NCBI GenBank assembly: GCA_041577335.1
Contig: JBFGJH010000022.1
Location: forward strand, 1-43,905
Direction of reading: 5' to 3'
DNA: 43,905 nt
From: Acidimicrobiia bacterium
Lineage (GTDB): Bacteria; Actinomycetota; Acidimicrobiia; Spongiisociales; JAENVV01
This document shows positions 38,626 to 43,905 of the stretch, piece after piece. Under the pieces are notes generated by a model. The model did no database searches, was not told the DNA's origin, and saw only the letters and a list, made by a program, of their open reading frames with translations. The translations under genes and the position numbers were made by a program. The number at the start of each line of letters is the position of its first letter. The first letter of the stretch is position 1.

Positions 38626-38708
38626 GGAAGCGGGCCGGTCTCACCATTTGCTCGGCCTAACCCAGGTGACCGTATTGCGGGTTAGGTGTCGGCGCCTCCC
38701 AGCTTTCC
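38626..38708 (-). ncRNA. c-di-GMP-II-type riboswitch (GAG-variant-like)
   Basis: The minus strand reads GGAAAGCUGGGAGGCGCCGACACCUAACCCGCAAUACGGUCACCUGGGUUAGGCCGAGCAAAUGGUGAGACCGGCCCGCUUCC. It shows P1, kink-turn-like GA/GA, stem CCUAACCC/GGGUUAGG and pseudoknot GGUCACC/GGUGA-GA-CC. It sits in the 5' UTR of a surface protein gene. Confidence 0.82.
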
Positions 38709-38830
38709 CCCTTGTTGTTCTCCTCACAAACTGTGAATCACAGGAATGTAAGCGCTCCCTTGGATCAGAGTCAACCACCTCGATCGATTTGGGTCTAGGG
38801 ACCTAAGACCACTCCGCGTGGCATTTAGGC

Positions 38831-40090
38831 CTACGCAGAGCGTTCTTGCGGCTCCTCGAGATCCTGCACCGGGACGAGAGTTGGATTGACCTTCTCCCTG
38901 ACGACTTCATCCGTGACGATCACTCTGCCGACTTCGGACTGCGAGGGAAGGTCGTACATGGTGTTGAGCAGCACCTCCTCGACGATCGCACGCAGACCCC
39001 TCGCCCCGGTGCCCCGCAGGAGCGCCTGGTCGGCGATCGCCTCGAGGGCGGGCTCGGTGAATACGAGTTCGACGCCGTCCAGCTCGAAGAATTTCTGAAA
39101 CTGCCGGACGAGGGCGTTCTTGGGTTGCTGCAGGATGGTGATGAGTGAAGCTTTGTCGAGCTCATCGACGGTAGCGATGACGGGCAGCCGGCCGATGAAC
39201 TCAGGAATCATCCCGTACTTCATCAGGTCCTCGGGCAACACATGAGCAAGCACGTTCTCCTCCGCCCCCTCAGAGGCAACCTCGGCGCCGAAGCCGACAG
39301 AACGTTTGCCGATCCGGCTCGAAATCACATTCTCGAGGCCCGCGAACGCTCCGCCACAGATGAACAAGACATTGGTCGTGTCGATTTGCAGCAACTCCTG
39401 ATGAGGATGCTTGCGGCCACCCTGCGGAGGCACGGAAGCCACGGTTCCCTCGAGGATCTTCAAGAGCGCCTGCTGAACGCCTTCACCGGAGACATCACGC
39501 GTGATGGATGGGTTCTCTGCTTTGCGGGCAATCTTGTCGATTTCGTCGATATAGACGATCCCCGACTCGGCGCGTTTGGTATCGAAGTCCGCTGCCTGGA
39601 TGAGCTTGAGGAGGATGTTCTCGACGTCTTCGCCCACGTAGCCGGCTTCGGTCAGGGCAGTGGCATCGGCGATCGCGAACGGCACGTTGAGCATCCGCGC
39701 CAGCGTCTGAGCCAAGAGCGTCTTCCCCGACCCGGTCGAGCCGATCATGAGGATGTTCGACTTGGAAAGCTCGACATCGTCTTTCAGGGAGACCCCGGCC
39801 CGCACACGCTTGTAGTGGTTGTAGACCGCCACCGACAGGATCTTCTTGGCGTCGTCTTGACCGATGACGTACTCCTCGAGGAACTCGAAGATCTCGCGTG
39901 GCTTGGGAAGCTCTTCGAAGGTCACATCGTCGGCGCCCGAGAACTCTTCGTCGATGATCTCATTACAGAGATCGATGCATTCGTCACAGATATAGACGCC
40001 TGGCCCAGCGATGAGTTTTCGAACTTGCTTCTGCGACTTGCCGCAGAAGCTGCATTTCAGGAGGTCCCCTCCCTCACCGAATTTGGCCAT
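38831..40090 (-). CDS. clpX: ATP-dependent Clp protease ATP-binding subunit ClpX
   Basis: CSFC..CDEC zinc-binding domain, [23 protein letters not shown] loop, GARGLR. Confidence 0.98.
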   Translation of the reverse strand: MAKFGEGGDLLKCSFCGKSQKQVRKLIAGPGVYICDECIDLCNEIIDEEFSGADDVTFEELPKPREIFEFLEEYVIGQDDAKKILSVAVYNHYKRVRAGVSLKDDVELSKSNILMIGSTGSGKTLLAQTLARMLNVPFAIADATALTEAGYVGEDVENILLKLIQAADFDTKRAESGIVYIDEIDKIARKAENPSITRDVSGEGVQQALLKILEGTVASVPPQGGRKHPHQELLQIDTTNVLFICGGAFAGLENVISSRIGKRSVGFGAEVASEGAEENVLAHVLPEDLMKYGMIPEFIGRLPVIATVDELDKASLITILQQPKNALVRQFQKFFELDGVELVFTEPALEAIADQALLRGTGARGLRAIVEEVLLNTMYDLPSQSEVGRVIVTDEVVREKVNPTLVPVQDLEEPQERSA

Positions 40091-40110
40091 GTGTCATCCC
40101 TCTCGAAGGA

Positions 40111-40725
40111 TCAGCGTGCTGCCTGAACCGCCGCCAATTCGCGACGACTGTATACCTCGTCGACCACACCGTACTCTTTTGCCTCGTCGGCGAGCATCCA
40201 ATAGTCGCGGTCGGTGTCATTGGTGATCTTCTCCAATGCCTGCCCTGTGTGGTCTGCCAGGATCTGGTTGAGCTGCTCCCGCATCTGCACATAGAGCTTG
40301 GCCTGGATCTCGATGTCGGAGGTCTGGCCTTGCGCCCCACCGTGCGGCTGGTGCATCATCACCCTGGCGTGGGGAAGGGCAAAACGCTTGCCCGGAGCGC
40401 CTCCGGCCAGGATCACTGCAGCCGCCGATGCAGCCATACCCATGCATACTGTCGAGACGTCTGCCGAGATGTATTGCATCGTGTCGTAGATGGCGAACAG
40501 CGACGTGACCGAGCCACCAGGCGAATTGATGTAGAGGGCAATGTCCTTTTCGGGGTCCTCGCTCTCCAGGTGTAACAGCTGCGCCATGATCAGGTTGGCA
40601 ACGGTGTCGTCGATCGGAGTTCCCAAGAAAATGATGCGGTCCTTGAGCAGCCTGCTGTAAATGTCGAAAGCGCGCTCACCGCGACTCGTCGATTCGATCA
40701 CGGTTGGTACGAGATAGTTATTCAT
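40111..40725 (-). CDS. clpP: ATP-dependent Clp protease proteolytic subunit
   Basis: [29 protein letters not shown] (Ser), MHQP (His), DRD (Asp); ATG at 40725 overlaps the tig stop. Confidence 0.97.
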   Translation of the reverse strand: MNNYLVPTVIESTSRGERAFDIYSRLLKDRIIFLGTPIDDTVANLIMAQLLHLESEDPEKDIALYINSPGGSVTSLFAIYDTMQYISADVSTVCMGMAASAAAVILAGGAPGKRFALPHARVMMHQPHGGAQGQTSDIEIQAKLYVQMREQLNQILADHTGQALEKITNDTDRDYWMLADEAKEYGVVDEVYSRRELAAVQAAR

Positions 40726-42199
40726 TGTCTTCCTCCACGGCCTCCGCTTCGAGGCCTGCTTCAGGCTGCTCATCATCCTCGGGGGAAGAGAGCTCAGATG
40801 CAAGGGTTTCGAAATCGATAGGAGTGCCTGCTTCGTCTACGGGAACTGCGGCTTTCATGAGGGCGTCATGCGCCTTCCTTCTCAGGATATCACTGCGCAG
40901 TTTTTTCTCCTGATTCTCGGTGAGCGATGCCTTGACCTCCTCGGCGGTCTGCTCGTTCTGGGCGGCCAGCGCCCGAACCAGATCGTCATACTCGTCGGGA
41001 GCCACAACCAGGCCGGCGTCGTCGGACACAGCATCGAGGAGCAAGTCGGTCCGCACATTCCTGAGGGCGCTTTCCCGCAGATCGGACACAAAAGCCGCCT
41101 CACTCTGACCCGAAACCTGGAGATAGTCCGCCATCTCGATGCCCTGCTCCGACAGCGTGTGGCTGAACCTGTGGAGCACCTCCTCCATTTCGCCTGTCAC
41201 GATGGAGTCGGGGATCTCGAGGTCGATCTCGTCGGTGAGCACCGTCAGTAGCTCGTTCCGAAAGGCGCTGTATGACGCGCCGAGTTTCGAGTCTGCCAAA
41301 CGGCGCGTCATCTCCTCGATGAACTCGTCAAGCGTCTCGAATTCGGTGTTCTCGGCAACCCAGGCGTCGTCGATCGTGGGGCGTTTGCGGCCGTGCACCT
41401 GCTGCACCGTGACGGTGTATTCAACGACATCGTCCGCCGGTTCTGGGTCCTCGCTGGTCGAGTCATCGGCGCTTTCGGCGTTTTCGGCGTTTTCGGCGAC
41501 ATCATCAGTCGGCCCCTCCGCACCATCTTCGACGAACCCAGCCGGAAGAGGCCCTGCGAAGGTTGCAGTCTCGGCTGCGCTCTTGCCCACCAGCACCTCA
41601 CTCAAGCCTTCGATGAACTCGTTGCCACCCACCTCGACCATCAACCCCTCGGCCGACATCGACTCCAGCGGCTCACCGTCACGCATGGCCGACACGTCGA
41701 TCGAAACGAAATCTCCCGACATGACCGGGCCTTCACTCGGCTCGATCTCTGCAAACTGGTCACGGATTCGCTCGAACTGCTCTTCCACCTCGTCCTCGGT
41801 GACGCCGACCGACGGGACCTCGATCTCGCGTCCGACGTAGTTGGGTGGTTCGGCCAGAGCGGGCCACACGGCGACTCGCACGCCGACTTCGACACCGTTT
41901 TCGGTGTCCTCCAGCGACTCGACGGCCGGTGTCGCCGCCGGCTCGATGTTGGCTTGCTCGAGCGCAGCCCCCACCATTTCCGGCAGCGCCTCGTCGATGG
42001 CCTCCGCTCGGAGTCGGTCGGCGCCCACCGTCGCCTCGACGACGCGAACCGGCGCTTTGCCGGGTCGGAAGCCCGGGATCTTCATGGTCTTGGCCAGCTT
42101 GCGGGCAGCCCGGCTCTTGGCCTGGTCGAGTTCGGCGTCTGCTATCTCGAACGTGACCAGCTTCTCGAAAGGGCCGGCATCTGAGATGGTTGGTTCCAC
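40718..42199 (-). CDS. tig: Trigger factor
   Basis: [10 protein letters not shown] ribosome-binding motif, FKBP-like domain; GTG at 42199 with AGGAG RBS. Confidence 0.95.
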   Translation of the reverse strand: MEPTISDAGPFEKLVTFEIADAELDQAKSRAARKLAKTMKIPGFRPGKAPVRVVEATVGADRLRAEAIDEALPEMVGAALEQANIEPAATPAVESLEDTENGVEVGVRVAVWPALAEPPNYVGREIEVPSVGVTEDEVEEQFERIRDQFAEIEPSEGPVMSGDFVSIDVSAMRDGEPLESMSAEGLMVEVGGNEFIEGLSEVLVGKSAAETATFAGPLPAGFVEDGAEGPTDDVAENAENAESADDSTSEDPEPADDVVEYTVTVQQVHGRKRPTIDDAWVAENTEFETLDEFIEEMTRRLADSKLGASYSAFRNELLTVLTDEIDLEIPDSIVTGEMEEVLHRFSHTLSEQGIEMADYLQVSGQSEAAFVSDLRESALRNVRTDLLLDAVSDDAGLVVAPDEYDDLVRALAAQNEQTAEEVKASLTENQEKKLRSDILRRKAHDALMKAAVPVDEAGTPIDFETLASELSSPEDDEQPEAGLEAEAVEEDNE

Positions 42200-42235
42200 G
42201 GTTGCTCCTGGTGGGTTCGAGCGTCGGACATGAAC

Positions 42236-42259
42236 AGCGGGGGCGCGAGCGCCCCCGCT
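42236..42259 (-). terminator. GC-rich hairpin just downstream of tRNA-His
   Basis: AGCGGGGGCGC-ga-GCGCCCCCGCT inverted repeat; weak U tail. Confidence 0.5.
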
Positions 42260-42264
42260 AGCGG

Positions 42265-42339
42265 GGTGACCGACGGGATTTGAACCCGCGACAGCCTGGA
42301 CCACAACCAGGGGCTCTACCTAACTGAGCTACGGCCACC
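42265..42339 (-). tRNA. tRNA-His(GTG)
   Basis: Encoded G-1 and C73, anticodon arm CCTGG-TTGTGGT-CCAGG, T-loop GTTCAAATC. Confidence 0.96.
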
Positions 42340-42448
42340 ATGTATCGACGGCACTTTACTGCATCACGCAAGCGCCCCAACCGGGGAAATCGCAGGCGGC
42401 TCGCTGTTCGCAGTTCCCGATTCGCTCGAGTTGGTCTCGGGTTGGCGA

Positions 42449-42685
42449 TCAGACCTTGCGGGAAGACGGGTGGTCCATCTTCATGTAGACGCCACCCTGG
42501 TCGAGCTCGTCGAGCATCTGGCGGATCCGCTTTCGGCGAGTGTCAGGCCGCTGAGCACGCCCGATCCATCCGAGATAGTCGTTGCGCTGATAATGCGGCC
42601 GGGCCTCGTAGTCGTGCAGCACCCCCGCCTCGACGAGCGCTTCATACACATCGTCCGGCATTGGATTGATGGCCCGGCGTGGCAT
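42449..42685 (-). CDS. YdeI/OmpD-associated family small protein
   Basis: MPDDV..AL, YQRNDYLGWI..A.RPDTRRKRI.QMLDEL pattern; ATG at 42685. Confidence 0.8.
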   Translation of the reverse strand: MPRRAINPMPDDVYEALVEAGVLHDYEARPHYQRNDYLGWIGRAQRPDTRRKRIRQMLDELDQGGVYMKMDHPSSRKV

Positions 42686-42704
42686 GACCGCGATCCTACG
42701 CCGG

Positions 42705-42788
42705 TGCGGACGAAGGGACTCGAACCCCCACGGGCTTTCGCCCACCAGGACCTAAACCTGGCGCGTCTACCAATTCCGCCACGTCCGC
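42705..42788 (-). tRNA. tRNA-Leu(TAG)
   Basis: GCGGACG acceptor stem, GGCGGAATTGGTAGACGC D-arm, anticodon TAG, long variable arm GGGCGAAAGCCC. Confidence 0.97.
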
Positions 42789-42805
42789 GTACGGGAACGT
42801 TAGAC

Positions 42806-43226
42806 GAGACAGCCGCAGGCACACCGCCGCTTGCCGACGACCACGCGCCGACCGGCGTCTGTTTCGGCCCCGTGCGGACACCCAGAAGACGTCGCAGCCC
42901 CAATACGGCACGACGAGAGGCCGGGCCGACAGTCGGCGCATCAGAGGTAGCCACAGGCACACCACCGCTTGCCGACGACCACGCGCCGACCGGCGTCTGT
43001 CTCGGCCCGGTGCGGACACCCAGAAGACGTCGCAGCCCCAATACGGCACGACGAGAGGCCGGGCCGACAGTCGGCGCATCAGAGACAGCCGCAGGCAAAC
43101 CGCCGTTTGCCGAGGACCATGCGCCGACCGGCGTCTGTTTCGGCCCGGTGCGGACACCCAGAAGACGTCTCGACCCACATACGGTGCGACGAGAGGCCGG
43201 GCCGAAAGTCGGCGCATCAGAGGTAG
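42806..43226. repeat. Tandem repeat, 3 x 138 bp, each unit an imperfect palindrome
   Basis: Units start at 42806, 42944 and 43082, with a partial fourth at 43220; internal stems ATGCGCCGAC/GTCGGCGCAT and TTTCGGCCCGG/CCGGGCCGAAA. Confidence 0.95.
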
Positions 43227-43230
43227 AGAG

Positions 43231-43303
43231 TGGGTCGCCCGGGACTCGAACCCGGAACCTGCTGGTTAAGAGCCAGTTGCTCTGCCAATTGAGCTAGCGA
43301 CCC
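43231..43303 (-). tRNA. tRNA-Lys(CTT)
   Basis: GGGTCGC/GCGACCC acceptor stem, loop CTCTTAA, T-loop GTTCGAGTC. Confidence 0.96.
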
Positions 43304-43693
43304 GCCGGAACTCTAGCGCTGGTCGATCGACTCAAACCAAACGTTCCTGTCGTCTGATCGATCCACTCCGCAGTCGTGACAGACGCGTCTCTTGACCTGT
43401 GCAGCTCCACGCGACCCGTACGGCGTCGGAAGGCATTCGAACGTCGCCAACCCAGCCTGCAAGTATTCCGCGTGGGAAGGAACCATGCCGGCGATCTCCG
43501 TGTCAGAGAACCCTATTGCCCTCAGTTCTCGCCACAGGCGGCGGCTGTCACGGTCGAGGATCGCCCAGCTCTGAGCCTGTTCAGTCAGTTCACGCGGCAG
43601 GTTCGATTCAACGTTGCGGCTGCATCGGCGAGGGCTGACACAAGACGGCCGGCATCGATCGGCACCAGGCGTGCCACAATGTGGGCCGACAAA

Positions 43694-43767
43694 CGGGCTG
43701 TAGCGCAGCTTGGTAGCGCACCTGCTTTGGGAGCAGGGGGTCGCCGGTTCAAATCCGGCCAGCCCGA
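43694..43767 (+). tRNA. tRNA-Pro(TGG)
   Basis: CGGGCTG/CAGCCCG acceptor stem, anticodon arm CCTGC-TTTGGGA-GCAGG, T-loop GTTCAAATC. Confidence 0.97.
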
Positions 43768-43905
43768 CTGAGGACTCGCGATTCGCTGCTCGACGATTCG
43801 CCATTCGCAACCTGAGCCACAGCCGTCGCCTTTCCCGATCGTCTGGGGCGCGGCAGTCACGTCGTTGGGCAGCGCCACAGAATGCACTCGTGCCGGGCGG
43901 AGCCC

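Noticed and set aside
42806..43226. CRISPR array or repeat-protein gene
   Set aside because: Units are contiguous 138-mers with no unique spacers and no cas genes nearby. ORFs crossing it in several frames run into tRNA genes and simply reflect a unit length divisible by 3.
43313..43810. 165-aa minus-strand ORF
   Set aside because: The 5' part is antisense to tRNA-Pro, with no convincing start/RBS or recognisable motif. A shorter protein in 43313-43600 cannot be excluded.

Overview
High-GC actinobacterial chromosome segment. Acidimicrobiia-like affinity is an inference from the mreBCD-mrdA-rodA cluster and Cys-containing SLH-type repeats. Most of the window is the conserved minus-strand housekeeping backbone: tRNA-Lys/Leu/His, tig, clpP, clpX, valS, folC, ndk, mreBCD, mrdA, rodA, rne, rplU, rpmA, obgE, proB, nadD, LytR, rsfS, leuS, comEA, comEC. 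Accessory genes interrupt it: trkAH, moxR/VWA, a CheY-like receiver, an M23 peptidase, tdk, ppk2, udg, hbd, tandem secreted paralogues and two surface proteins. Main non-obvious signals: (1) a c-di-GMP-II-type riboswitch with the 'GAG' variant pocket and a predicted translational ON platform, ahead of an LPxTG/SdrD-B surface protein with four Cys-bracketed repeats inserted between clpX and valS; (2) rsfS apparently starting at a non-canonical ATT codon; (3) a VWA gene split by a single extra G in a G8 run; (4) a 3 x 138 bp palindromic tandem repeat between tRNA-Lys and tRNA-Leu; (5) a multi-hairpin intergenic element at about 8.2-8.5 kb. No CRISPR array, integrase or transposase was seen. All calls come from manual reading; no database searches were run.
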